NCBI GenBank assembly: GCA_965277715.1
Contig: OZ255836.1
Span: forward strand, 928,001 to 992,000
Source: Gammaproteobacteria bacterium
Lineage (GTDB): Bacteria > Pseudomonadota > Gammaproteobacteria > JBCCGL01
Reading direction: 5' to 3'
Length of the DNA: 64,000 nt
Below the pieces are notes generated by a model. That model worked only from the letters and a program-made list of their open reading frames with translations, was not told the origin of the DNA and made no database searches. Shown piece after piece: positions 18,140 through 27,536 of the stretch; position 1 is the first letter of the stretch; every line of letters begins with the position of its first letter. A program made the translations under genes and the position numbers.

Positions 18140-19060
18140 TCAATCGCAGACAGGGTGTTTAATGTCGGCTCGCCTGACTTTGGCAACAAATGCATCGGCA
18201 GGTAGCAGGTAGCCATCTTTTCGCAATTGTTTAAGCCAATCCCGCGCTTTAGCCGCAGTAGGGAAGACGCCGGAGAATGCCGCATAATTGCCAGGGAAGC
18301 CCTGGTATATCCAGCTTTTGTCACCTGCCGTGCCCGCAATTTTTCGGATGGCGGACAGCTTGTGGTGGACAGCCAGTTGCACTGCATAGGCGTATGCGAC
18401 ACCCACCCCCAGAAGGTCGCATTCGTGTGCTGTATCCTGTGCCCCGTCGTCGGGTTCAGGGTTATCAGGTTCTATAGTGACAACGGGCTGTACTGTTTGC
18501 TGTTGCTCGTCAGTGGCCGTTTCATCCGGTACTGGTACGGGTTCGGGTTTTTCCCCGCCTGTCTCAACGTGACTCACCGTACTGTAATTTTTCGTATCAT
18601 CCAATACCGGTTTTTTGCTGGTATAGGTATCTATCAGCATGGATTCCCGCACAATATGCCAATCGCCATCAATTTGCTGCCATTCATATTGCCTGCGGCT
18701 AACCTTGACACTATTACCACTGTCAGGACGTTGTAATATTGCCCGTATGCATTGGTTTTGCGGTGTTGTACAAACGTATGGAAAGAATTCAAAAATCTCG
18801 AGTTGCCATTTCTTTTGGTTTATTTCGGCAGCCAGGGTTTCTTTCCAGGTGGTGTAGTCCATTGTGTTTATCGGTGATCGCCCAGGTGTATAAATAGAGA
18901 GCACACCCTCCAGATCAGATGCTGCCCAATAGGCATTTAACTCAGCTATTTTCTGCTTTATAGATGTTTCCCTGCCGTCTGTCTCTTGTGCGTGTATTGG
19001 TGGGCACAGGAGCATACTCAACAGTAGTAGGATTTTCGTTAAGGTGTTTAAATGACTCAT
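18140..19060 (-). CDS. Exported protein with an NTF2-like N-domain, acidic linker and C-terminal SPOR-like domain
   Basis: Signal peptide; W..sDlegvlsiY...WQQIDGDWHIVRE; YAVQLAV...SGVFPTAAKA...DAFVAK. Start uncertain (19060-19096). Confidence 0.65.
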   Translation of the reverse strand: MSHLNTLTKILLLLSMLLCPPIHAQETDGRETSIKQKIAELNAYWAASDLEGVLSIYTPGRSPINTMDYTTWKETLAAEINQKKWQLEIFEFFPYVCTTPQNQCIRAILQRPDSGNSVKVSRRQYEWQQIDGDWHIVRESMLIDTYTSKKPVLDDTKNYSTVSHVETGGEKPEPVPVPDETATDEQQQTVQPVVTIEPDNPEPDDGAQDTAHECDLLGVGVAYAYAVQLAVHHKLSAIRKIAGTAGDKSWIYQGFPGNYAAFSGVFPTAAKARDWLKQLRKDGYLLPADAFVAKVRRADIKHPVCD

Positions 19061-19239
19061 AGTTTTTTGATTTTGCATCCCGTGCCTCTTATACATTTCG
19101 GTTCAATATAATTACTTCGATGGTAGCCGTGAAGGTATCATTTTTCATTGGCTTTGTTAAACCTAAAATTAAACAGCCAATTGAAACTGACTATTAGTAA
19201 ACTGACCGTTAGGTTTAAGTGTGTTTCTCTCAAAATTCG

Positions 19240-20709
19240 CTAACGCATTGTTAAACTGTCAATAATTTCCGCTAGTGCGCGAATACCGGGTTCAATTTTA
19301 TCGACGCCAATCGATGAAAAGCCCAGTGAAAAAAAATTCATCGGTGGGCTATCGTGTAAAAAGCGTGTGTCACCCGGTTCGATTAAGATACCACGCTCAC
19401 GTGCTGCTGTATCCAACGCCCGACAGTTTAATGTCGGCGGGCCTTTGATCCAGTAGGAGGTGCCGCCGCGTGTGGGGGTTTTCTGGCAGTGGGGTAAATA
19501 GCGATCCAGTGCCTCGCCCATGACCTCCCAGCGGTCGCGGTAGGCGTGGTTGAGGCGTCGCGCCAGGGAGTCGTGATGGCCTTCGGCGAGAAACACCGCC
19601 AGGGTTCGCTGGTTATTGGCAGGGGGGTGGCGCAGTATCAATCGACGCAGCGCCCGTGCCTGCTGTATTAACGCTGCCGGTGCCACCAGGTAGCCCAATC
19701 GCAAGCCCGGCGCCAGGGTTTTGGACAGGCTGCCCAGGTAGATAACACGGCCATCGTCATCCAGGCTCTTCAGGGCCGGTGTCGGGTTATCAACGTAATT
19801 GGTTTCAACTTCGTAGTCGTCCTCAATAATGACTGAATCGGACTGTGCTGCACTCTCCAATAATTGTTTACGCCTGGCCAGCGACATAATCACATTGGTG
19901 GGGTAGTGGTGACTGGGGGTGGTATAGATCACATCACAGCTTTTCAATGTGCTGTCGATCATCAAGCCTTCACTGTCGACAGGCAGGCCGCAGATATTAT
20001 CGGTGACCAGTGTAAAGATATTGCGGGCATCTGGATAACCGGGGTCTTCCAGGCCTATGCGCGTTTGCGGTGAAATCAATAGTCTGCCGAGTAAATACAG
20101 TGCCTGTTGCGTGCCGAGTGTCACCAGTATTTCATCACTGGATGCCCACACACCACGGCGCGGCAGCACCCGGGTACGCAATTGCTCAATCAGCAGCGGG
20201 TCATCACTGTCAACGGCGTCTTTTGCCCAGTATTTGATCGTTTGCACAGAGAGCGATTGGCGGGTGCTTTGCCGCCAATCGGCAATCGGGAACAGGCTGG
20301 GATCGAATTGACCGCGAATAAATGGGTAGGGGTAATCCTGCCAGTCGAGGGGTTTTGCATCGTAGCGTTGTGTGGCGAGGTTGATGGCTAACCGCTGTTG
20401 CCAGCCAATATCTTTGGTGGGCCGGACGGTGGGTTTGGTTGTCGCTACTTTGCCCTGCAAAATATCGTTAGTAACGTAGTAGCCGCTGCGCTGTCGGGCA
20501 TCCAGATACCCTTCATCAACCAGTTGTTGATAGGCCAGTACCACAGTATTTCTGGCTACACCCAGTTGTTCAGCCAGTTTTCGCCCGGAGGGGAGTGGGG
20601 CACCCCCCGGAATATGCTCATCGAGAATAGCGGAAACAATCGTCTCGCGAATCTGTGCCTGCAGGCTTTTACTGCTTTTTTCGGGTAAATACAGTAAGTA
20701 ATCACTCAT
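19240..20709 (-). CDS. MocR/GabR family regulator (GntR HTH + PLP aminotransferase-like domain)
   Basis: LPSGRKLAEQLGVARNTVVLAYQQLVDEGY, EDPGY, IIEDDY, GSLSKTLAPGLRLGY. Confidence 0.93.
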   Translation of the reverse strand: MSDYLLYLPEKSSKSLQAQIRETIVSAILDEHIPGGAPLPSGRKLAEQLGVARNTVVLAYQQLVDEGYLDARQRSGYYVTNDILQGKVATTKPTVRPTKDIGWQQRLAINLATQRYDAKPLDWQDYPYPFIRGQFDPSLFPIADWRQSTRQSLSVQTIKYWAKDAVDSDDPLLIEQLRTRVLPRRGVWASSDEILVTLGTQQALYLLGRLLISPQTRIGLEDPGYPDARNIFTLVTDNICGLPVDSEGLMIDSTLKSCDVIYTTPSHHYPTNVIMSLARRKQLLESAAQSDSVIIEDDYEVETNYVDNPTPALKSLDDDGRVIYLGSLSKTLAPGLRLGYLVAPAALIQQARALRRLILRHPPANNQRTLAVFLAEGHHDSLARRLNHAYRDRWEVMGEALDRYLPHCQKTPTRGGTSYWIKGPPTLNCRALDTAARERGILIEPGDTRFLHDSPPMNFFSLGFSSIGVDKIEPGIRALAEIIDSLTMR

Positions 20710-20794
20710 GCTTTATACGCCTGGGTTTTTATGTGGCGGCTTTTATATGCCTGGGTAGTGTCGATAAGAGGCCGGTTCAGGTTATTTTTTAATT

Positions 20795-20910
20795 GGTGCC
20801 AGTTAGGTTTCTTCTGGGTTATTTTTAGTGCCAGACTTACTGCATTCTGGCACTAAATTGACGCACTGGATACATAAAAGTAAGGCAAATTAGCCAAAAT
20901 CAATGGCACT
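20795..20910. promoter_or_regulatory. Candidate MocR operator: perfect 12-bp inverted repeat TTTAGTGCCAGA-N10-TCTGGCACTAAA plus extra half-sites
   Basis: IR at 20824-20857; GGTGCCAG at 20795; TGGCACT at 20904; lies between the divergent regulator and mmsA. Confidence 0.6.
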
Positions 20911-21101
20911 GTATTGATGGAAAGATCAATTTGAGTCATTTTTGGTGCACTATTGAGGAGCATAGTGGTGCTATGGTGAGTAAAAACGACGCTGAACCCG
21001 ACAATACAAGGTAGGCGATGTACTAGCTGCCCGGGCTTCAATAAAGGGTAGATCAACGCCTATAATGCGCGGACTTTATTCAACCGGATCGGAGGCAAAT
21101 C

Positions 21102-22643
21102 ATGGCAACTGCCAGCAACCCAGTGGGCGCCACAGACGCACAAAAGCAGGTTTTCCACTATATCGACGGTCAGCATGTCGCTGGCACCAGTAATCGCTAC
21201 GGCGCTATTTATAATCCGGCGACGGGCGAGGTGACGGCGCAGACGCCATTGGCGTCCGTGAGTGAAGTTGAGTCGGCTATTGCCTCTGCGCAGGCGGCGT
21301 TTCCCGCCTGGAGTGCCACCCCTGTGGGCAAGCGTGCGCAGTTGATGTTTGCGTTTCGCGAAAAGATTGTGCAGCACATGGATGAGCTGGCCGCGATTTT
21401 GTCGTCTGAACACGGCAAGACGCTGGACGACGCCAAGGGTGAAATTACCCGTGGTCTGGAGGTGGTCGAGTTTGCCTGTGGTATTCCGCAGTTGCTGAAG
21501 GGTGAGTACAACCAAAGCGTTGCCAGTGGTGTCGATACCTGGAGTATGCGCCAGCCACTGGGTGTGGTCGGGGGTATTACCCCGTTTAATTTCCCGGCGA
21601 TGATTCCGCTGTGGATGTTCCCGGTGGCGATTGCCTGCGGTAACACATTCGTATTAAAGCCGTCTGAGCGCGATCCATCCACGGGTCTCAGGCTGGCAGA
21701 GCTGTTTTTTGAGGCAGGCGCCCCCGAGGGTGTACTCAATGTGGTGAATGGCGACAAAGAAGCGGTCGACACACTCCTCAGTGATCCGCGTATTCAGGGG
21801 GTCAGCTTTGTCGGTTCTACGGCCATTGGTGAATATATTTACCGCACGGGTACTGCGCACGGTAAACGCGTACAGGCGCTGTGTGGCGCCAAAAACCATA
21901 TGGTGGTAATGCCCGATGCAGATATGGATCAGGTGACCGATGCCGTGGTGGGTGCCGCTTACGGTTCTGCGGGCGAGCGCTGTATGGCTATCTCGGTGGT
22001 CGTGGCGGTAGGCAATGAGGCCGCTGATACGCTGATTGAGAAGCTCAAGCCCCGGGTTGCCGCGCTGAAGGTGGGGCCGTATACCGATGCATCGACTGAA
22101 ATGGGGCCGGTGATTACCCCCGAGGCGCGTGATCGCATTTTTGGCTATATCGATGCGGGTGTTGAGCAGGGTGCTGAATTAGTATTGGATGGCCGGGATG
22201 TGCACGTCGAGGGCTATGAGAATGGCCACTTCGTCGGCGGTACGATTTTTGATAAGGTAACGCCTGCCATGAGTATTTACACGGACGAAATTTTTGGGCC
22301 GGTGTTATCCATTGTGCGTACTGAGTCATTCGAACAGGCGCTGCAAATGGTCAATGATCACGAGTACGGCAACGGCACGGCGATTTTTACCCGGGATGGT
22401 GATGCGGCGCGTGACTACACGCACCGTGTGCAGATTGGCATGGTCGGTGTCAATGTACCGATTCCGGTGCCATTGGCCTATCACAGCTTTGGTGGCTGGA
22501 AGCGTTCACTGTTTGGTGATCACCACATCCACGGCCCGGAAGGTGTGCGTTTTTACACGCGCATGAAAAGTGTGACCTCGCGTTGGCCGTCCGGTATTCG
22601 TGCCGGTGCGGTGTTCAATTTCAAGGAGGGGGGAGAGCATTGA
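21102..22643 (+). CDS. mmsA: CoA-acylating methylmalonate/malonate-semialdehyde dehydrogenase
   Basis: ITPFNFPAMIP, GAKNHMVVMPDAD, GSAGERCMA, EIFGPV. Confidence 0.95.
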   Translation: MATASNPVGATDAQKQVFHYIDGQHVAGTSNRYGAIYNPATGEVTAQTPLASVSEVESAIASAQAAFPAWSATPVGKRAQLMFAFREKIVQHMDELAAILSSEHGKTLDDAKGEITRGLEVVEFACGIPQLLKGEYNQSVASGVDTWSMRQPLGVVGGITPFNFPAMIPLWMFPVAIACGNTFVLKPSERDPSTGLRLAELFFEAGAPEGVLNVVNGDKEAVDTLLSDPRIQGVSFVGSTAIGEYIYRTGTAHGKRVQALCGAKNHMVVMPDADMDQVTDAVVGAAYGSAGERCMAISVVVAVGNEAADTLIEKLKPRVAALKVGPYTDASTEMGPVITPEARDRIFGYIDAGVEQGAELVLDGRDVHVEGYENGHFVGGTIFDKVTPAMSIYTDEIFGPVLSIVRTESFEQALQMVNDHEYGNGTAIFTRDGDAARDYTHRVQIGMVGVNVPIPVPLAYHSFGGWKRSLFGDHHIHGPEGVRFYTRMKSVTSRWPSGIRAGAVFNFKEGGEH

Positions 22644-22675
22644 GTTTTGAAGGGTGAAGAGTGAAGTGAAAGAGC

Positions 22676-22706
22676 GAGGCTGTAACGCAGTGTGCGTTAC
22701 AGCCTC
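22676..22706. terminator. Perfect 14-bp hairpin between convergent mmsA and hinT
   Basis: GAGGCTGTAACGCA-gtg-TGCGTTACAGCCTC. Confidence 0.75.
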
Positions 22707-22712
22707 TCGTTG

Positions 22713-23072
22713 TTAGATATTGCGGCTGCGCAGCATGAACTCAAGGTCTCTTCCGCCCAGTAAATGCATGTGCAAGTGCATTACTTCCTGGTGCCCATCG
22801 CGGCCACAGTTAACCACCAGGCGGTAACCGGACTCGTCGATGCCTTCATCTCTGGCCAGCTTTCTGGCGACAGTGAATAGCCTGCCGAGTGCCAGTTCGT
22901 CCTCTTCACTGCAATCGTCGACTGTCGGGATGATTTTATTGGGGATGATAAGAATATGGGTGGGGGCAGAGGGGTTGATGTCTCTAAAGGCGGTGACCAG
23001 GTCATCCTGGTACAGCATATCTGAGGGCAGTTCTTTGCGGATAATTTTACTGAAGAGGGTTTCCTCGGCCAT
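22713..23072 (-). CDS. hinT: HIT family purine nucleoside phosphoramidase
   Basis: [20 protein letters not shown] histidine triad. Confidence 0.93.
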   Translation of the reverse strand: MAEETLFSKIIRKELPSDMLYQDDLVTAFRDINPSAPTHILIIPNKIIPTVDDCSEEDELALGRLFTVARKLARDEGIDESGYRLVVNCGRDGHQEVMHLHMHLLGGRDLEFMLRSRNI

Positions 23073-23265
23073 ATTTTTACGCTCGCTATTGCGGTTGGTT
23101 AAACCTAAATTAATTCGTCGAAATTAAACTGATATAATCAAACACGGTTTTATTCCAGGAGTCTGTTCTTGCAGGCACTCCCTATATCGCTAAAGTATGC
23201 CATAAAGGCAACACTTATTGTGTTTGTCCTGTTTGACAACAGAAAAATCAAAGAGAAATATTTCC

Positions 23266-23829
23266 ATGGGTAACCGGCTGTCAAAAATCTACACACGTAC
23301 CGGCGATGATGGTAGTACCGGGTTGGGTAACGGTGACCGGATTGAAAAAGATAATATTCGCGTGTGTGCCTACGGCACTACGGATGAATTAAACAGCCAT
23401 ATCGGCCATCTGCTGTCGCTGGCTATCCCCAACCACATGGCGGCAACGCTGGTGCTGGTGCAACACCATTTGTTTGATATTGGCGGTGAGCTGTGTATTC
23501 CGGGGCATACGGTAATAGAGCAGGCGCGCATTGATTGGCTGGAGGCTGAGCTGGATGCCCTCAATAAAGACCTACCCTACCTAAAAGAGTTTATTCTCCC
23601 AGGGGGTAGCCAGGCATCGGCGGTGTGTCATATCGCCAGAACGGTGTGCCGACGGGCCGAGCGGGAAACCGTTACCCTGAGTCGCCACGAAGCGGTCAAT
23701 CCCCTGGCATTAAAATACCTGAACCGGCTATCAGATTATTTATTTGTCGCTGCCCGCGTCATCCTGCGCCAGGCAGGCGATAACGAGGTTTACTGGAACA
23801 AACAAACAGCCAACAATGACGGCCAATAG
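23266..23829 (+). CDS. PduO-type cob(I)alamin adenosyltransferase
   Basis: KIYTRTGDDG, FILPGG, RTVCRRAER, YLNRLSD. Confidence 0.93.
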   Translation: MGNRLSKIYTRTGDDGSTGLGNGDRIEKDNIRVCAYGTTDELNSHIGHLLSLAIPNHMAATLVLVQHHLFDIGGELCIPGHTVIEQARIDWLEAELDALNKDLPYLKEFILPGGSQASAVCHIARTVCRRAERETVTLSRHEAVNPLALKYLNRLSDYLFVAARVILRQAGDNEVYWNKQTANNDGQ

Positions 23830-24277
23830 CGCGATGCAAAATCAAGCGCTCGATCGCAACGAAGTGCGCGATAATTTTGCCTACTTTATTGAAGTACCCA
23901 CCCGCTGGAACGATAACGACCAATACGGCCATGTCAATAATGCGGTTTATCACAACTACATAGAAGCCGTTATTATGCGGTTTTTGGTGGTCGAGCATGG
24001 CCTCGACGTCCGGCACGGTGCATTCAGAACCTTCACCGTCGAAAACTTTTGCCGTTACCATCGATCGATTGCGTTTCCGCATACCGTTGAGTGCGGCTTG
24101 CGCGTGGCAAAGCTGGGTAATAGCAGCGTAAGATATGAGGTTGGTTTGTTTATCGAAGGCAGCGAAACCGCCGCTGCGACGGCTTATTGTGTCGATGTCT
24201 ACGTCGATCCACATACGGAACGGCCCGTGGCGATACCCGCTGTTGTGCGGGAAATTCTCACCTCAATTACCCGCTAA
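23816..24277 (+). CDS. Acyl-CoA thioesterase (4HBT-like)
   Basis: TRWNDNDQYGHVNNAVY, LGNSSVRYE. Confidence 0.9.
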   Translation: MTANSAMQNQALDRNEVRDNFAYFIEVPTRWNDNDQYGHVNNAVYHNYIEAVIMRFLVVEHGLDVRHGAFRTFTVENFCRYHRSIAFPHTVECGLRVAKLGNSSVRYEVGLFIEGSETAAATAYCVDVYVDPHTERPVAIPAVVREILTSITR

Positions 24278-24296
24278 ATTCCCTGGAAACAGTTTA

Positions 24297-25247
24297 ATGA
24301 ATGCACTCGATATTCGCGGCCTGCGCAAAACCTATGCAAATAATCATATCGCCCTGCAAGGTATTGATTTATCGGTAAAACAAGGTGAGTTTTTCGCATT
24401 ACTCGGCCCTAATGGGGCAGGTAAATCCACGTTGATAGGTATCGTCAGTTCGCTTATCAATAAGACTGGTGGTGAGGTAAAGATCTTTGGTGTGTCTATC
24501 GACCAGGATGTTTACGAGGCCAAACGGCATATCGGTATCGTCCCACAGGAATTCAACTTCAGTATGTTCGAGCCGGTGATCGAAATTGTTGCCAATCAGG
24601 CAGGTTATTACGGTATTGCCAATAAAGAAGCGCATCAACGCGCCGAGAAATACCTAAAGCAGCTCGATCTATGGGATAAGCGGCATTCAATTTCACGGGA
24701 ACTGTCCGGTGGTATGAAACGCCGCCTGATGATCGCCCGCGCCCTGGTGCACGAGCCGCGTCTGCTGATTCTCGATGAACCCACGGCTGGGGTCGACATT
24801 GAAATCCGCCGGTCAATGTGGCAGTTTTTACAAGACATCAATCGCCAGGGCACCACTATTATTCTAACCACGCACTACCTCGAAGAGGCGGAAAGCCTGT
24901 GTGAACGCCTGGCGATTATCGATGCAGGGAAAATTGTCAAGGAGGGTGTGGTCAACCAGCTCATCACCCAAACCGAAAATCAAACTTACGTTTTTGATAT
25001 TTCTATCGACCAGGTAAGCAACCAGGTCGACACGCTCGACCGCTTGCATCGGGAATTGACCGTGGTTAGCAAAGGCAGTACAGAAGGGCAGGCCGACAAT
25101 CAACACAGTATTGAAATCGAGCTTACCGAAGGCAGTGCATTGAAAAACGTCTTTGCAGTGTTTGCAAAACACGGCATAGAAGTGCGCAGCATGCGTAATA
25201 AATACAACCGACTGGAAGAATTTTTCCTCAACCTCGTCAACAAGTAA
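24297..25247 (+). CDS. yadG: ABC transporter ATP-binding protein (YadG-like)
   Basis: GPNGAGKST, LSGGMKRR, LDEPTAGVD. Confidence 0.9.
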   Translation: MNALDIRGLRKTYANNHIALQGIDLSVKQGEFFALLGPNGAGKSTLIGIVSSLINKTGGEVKIFGVSIDQDVYEAKRHIGIVPQEFNFSMFEPVIEIVANQAGYYGIANKEAHQRAEKYLKQLDLWDKRHSISRELSGGMKRRLMIARALVHEPRLLILDEPTAGVDIEIRRSMWQFLQDINRQGTTIILTTHYLEEAESLCERLAIIDAGKIVKEGVVNQLITQTENQTYVFDISIDQVSNQVDTLDRLHRELTVVSKGSTEGQADNQHSIEIELTEGSALKNVFAVFAKHGIEVRSMRNKYNRLEEFFLNLVNK

Positions 25248-25256
25248 ACACAGCTT

Positions 25257-26030
25257 ATGAATGCGCGCCAAAACACTATTGCCCTGATTACCATTATACG
25301 CAAAGAAATTCTGCGTTTTGCGCGTATCTGGGTACAGACACTGACACCACCGGCTGTCAACGCACTGCTGTATATTGTGATATTTGGTGGGCTGATCGGC
25401 TCGCAAATGCCACAGATGCAGGGGTTTAATTACATCGACTACATTATTCCCGGCATTATTATGATGTCGGTCATTACCAACTCCTACTCTAATGTTGTCT
25501 CGTCTTTTTACAGTGCAAAGTTTCAGCGCAATATCGAGGAAATGTTGGTATCACCGTTATCCAATACCGTTATTTTGATCGGGTTTGTCACCGGTGGGGT
25601 ATGTAGAGGAATAATTGTCGGTAGCATCGTCACCGTGGTGACATTATTGTTTTCACAAATCAGCGTTAACAATTTACTAATAACCCTTTCCATTGTGATA
25701 TTAACCTCTATCCTGTTTTCCATTGGTGGGTTAATCAACGCGGTGTTTGCCAAAAGCTTTGATGATATTTCGATCATTCCCAATTTTGTGCTAACGCCAC
25801 TGACTTATTTCGGCGGCATATTCTATTCAATACAACTACTGCCAGACACCTGGCAAACGGTCTCTCTGTTTAACCCGGTGCTGTATATGATCAATGGGTT
25901 TAGATACGGTATTTTAGGTGTCAGCGATATTCCCATCGAGCAGGCTTTTTTTGTTATTGTCCTGTTTATTGGTGTATTTGCCAGTATTGCCCTGATTTTA
26001 CTTAACCGTGGTATCGGGATAAAAAGTTAA
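25257..26030 (+). CDS. yadH: ABC-2 permease (YadH-like)
   Basis: KEILRFARIWVQTL, NSYSNVVSSF, NPVLYMINGFRYG. Confidence 0.9.
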   Translation: MNARQNTIALITIIRKEILRFARIWVQTLTPPAVNALLYIVIFGGLIGSQMPQMQGFNYIDYIIPGIIMMSVITNSYSNVVSSFYSAKFQRNIEEMLVSPLSNTVILIGFVTGGVCRGIIVGSIVTVVTLLFSQISVNNLLITLSIVILTSILFSIGGLINAVFAKSFDDISIIPNFVLTPLTYFGGIFYSIQLLPDTWQTVSLFNPVLYMINGFRYGILGVSDIPIEQAFFVIVLFIGVFASIALILLNRGIGIKS

Positions 26031-26834
26031 ATGCGAAAAAAACGCACGCCAATAGAAACTGACCCACATAAACTCTATCAACTGTCTGTACAAAGCCCGG
26101 AATTTGAGCTGAATTTTATCGACAAAACCTTCCAGAAAATACGCAGGCGAAAACCCCGGTTGATGCGTGAGGATTTTTGCGGTACCGCACTATCCTCTTG
26201 TGAATGGGTTAAACGGCACAGAGGCAACCGGGCTATCGCCATTGATATTGATGCCGATGTGCTCGACTGGTGTAAGAGAAATAACTACCCAACGCTTAAT
26301 AAGCACCAGCAACAACGGCTTGAAATACGCAATAAAAACGTACTCTCCAGCAAAACCCCTGAAATAGATATGTGTCAGGCGTTTAATTTCAGCTACTGGG
26401 TTTTCCAGGAGCGCAAGACCATGTTGCGCTATTTCAGAAATATACACCGTTCGCTGTGCGATGACGGCCTGTTTTTTCTCGATGCGTTTGGTGGATACGA
26501 AGCCCATAAAACACAGCGCGAAAAACGCAAGGTCGACGGTTTTTCGTATATTTGGGAGCAGGAAACCTACAATGCAGTAACCGGTGAAATGCAGTGCCGT
26601 ATCCACTTTCAGTTACCTGGTGGTAAAAAAATCGACAACGCATTTAGTTATGTATGGCGGTTGTGGGGAGTACGCGAGTTGCGTGAGGTTCTGATTGATG
26701 CCGGGTTCAGTAAAACCACGCTGTACCTGCAACAGTTTGATGAAGAAACCGATGAACCGCTGGATGCGTTTGTCGCCAGCGATTATGCAGAGGACTATGC
26801 CTGTTGGATTGGGTATCTGGTGGCGGAGAAATAG
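26031..26834 (+). CDS. Class I SAM-dependent methyltransferase-like protein
   Basis: LYQLSVQSP, REDFCGT, AFNFSYW, WRLW. Confidence 0.8.
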   Translation: MRKKRTPIETDPHKLYQLSVQSPEFELNFIDKTFQKIRRRKPRLMREDFCGTALSSCEWVKRHRGNRAIAIDIDADVLDWCKRNNYPTLNKHQQQRLEIRNKNVLSSKTPEIDMCQAFNFSYWVFQERKTMLRYFRNIHRSLCDDGLFFLDAFGGYEAHKTQREKRKVDGFSYIWEQETYNAVTGEMQCRIHFQLPGGKKIDNAFSYVWRLWGVRELREVLIDAGFSKTTLYLQQFDEETDEPLDAFVASDYAEDYACWIGYLVAEK

Positions 26835-27299
26835 TGTGTATTACGCTAAAAGGCTTTTTGGATGACGTGGCGGTTGTTTTCTCTAATTGGGTAAATCCGC
26901 TGGGCGGCGAACCACAACGTGGTTGGCAAAGCTGTAGTCATTCTACAGGTGAAGCTGAAATGCTGGTAAAAGCGCTTTAGATTTTGTGCATTAGATGATC
27001 GCAGTAGATTCAACAATATTGCCTTCACTCACTCTGCAACAATTTGCCACCGTTTTTACTATCACACTGCTGGCAACCTTTTCCCGCAGATGTGTCGGGT
27101 TCTTTGGGGGTCAAGGTCGATTATTAAAGCGTATTGGCCCACGTTGAGACGATTTATTTGCAAGGCGGCAAACCACTCAGGGTGCTGCATTTGGATGTGC
27201 TGATTGATTTAAAACGACAGGCAGGCATAACGCAGGGATCATAAGATGTTGGAAGTTTTGTTGGCGATGGAGAATGAACGGTAAATCAACAGAGTGAAG

Positions 27300-27329
27300 G
27301 TTGACGTTAACGTCAACGTTAGTCAGAAT
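27300..27329 (+). promoter_or_regulatory. LiuR-type operator (perfect palindrome GTTGACGTTAACGTCAAC) overlapping a sigma70-like promoter
   Basis: 18-bp palindrome at 27300-27317 resembles the MerR-family LiuR box; TTGACG-17 bp-CAGAAT. Confidence 0.75.
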
Positions 27330-27398
27330 GCACCACAAAATAACCGAATCAACTGAATTGCTGCGTTTCTGGCGGATTCAATTTGGTCAAAAATACCA

Positions 27399-27447
27399 GG
27401 CCGTTCTTAATATCTGACTGTTCTTATACCTGACCGTCCTTATATCT
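27399..27447. repeat. Degenerate 16/17-bp tandem triplication in the 5' UTR
   Basis: ggccgttcttaatatct gactgttcttatacct gaccgtccttatatct. Confidence 0.75.
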
Positions 27448-27536
27448 AAAACGGCTTCAAGTGGAGGTATCATGTTACCAATGCAACCGTGTCGAATGCC
27501 GGTCTGTCGAGCGCCGGTTTATCGGGTATCTGTCTA

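Noticed and set aside
26835-27290. Gene or ncRNA in the long gap before the LiuR-type box
   Set aside because: Only a 60-aa ORF with no recognisable motif and no RNA family I can identify; left unexplained.
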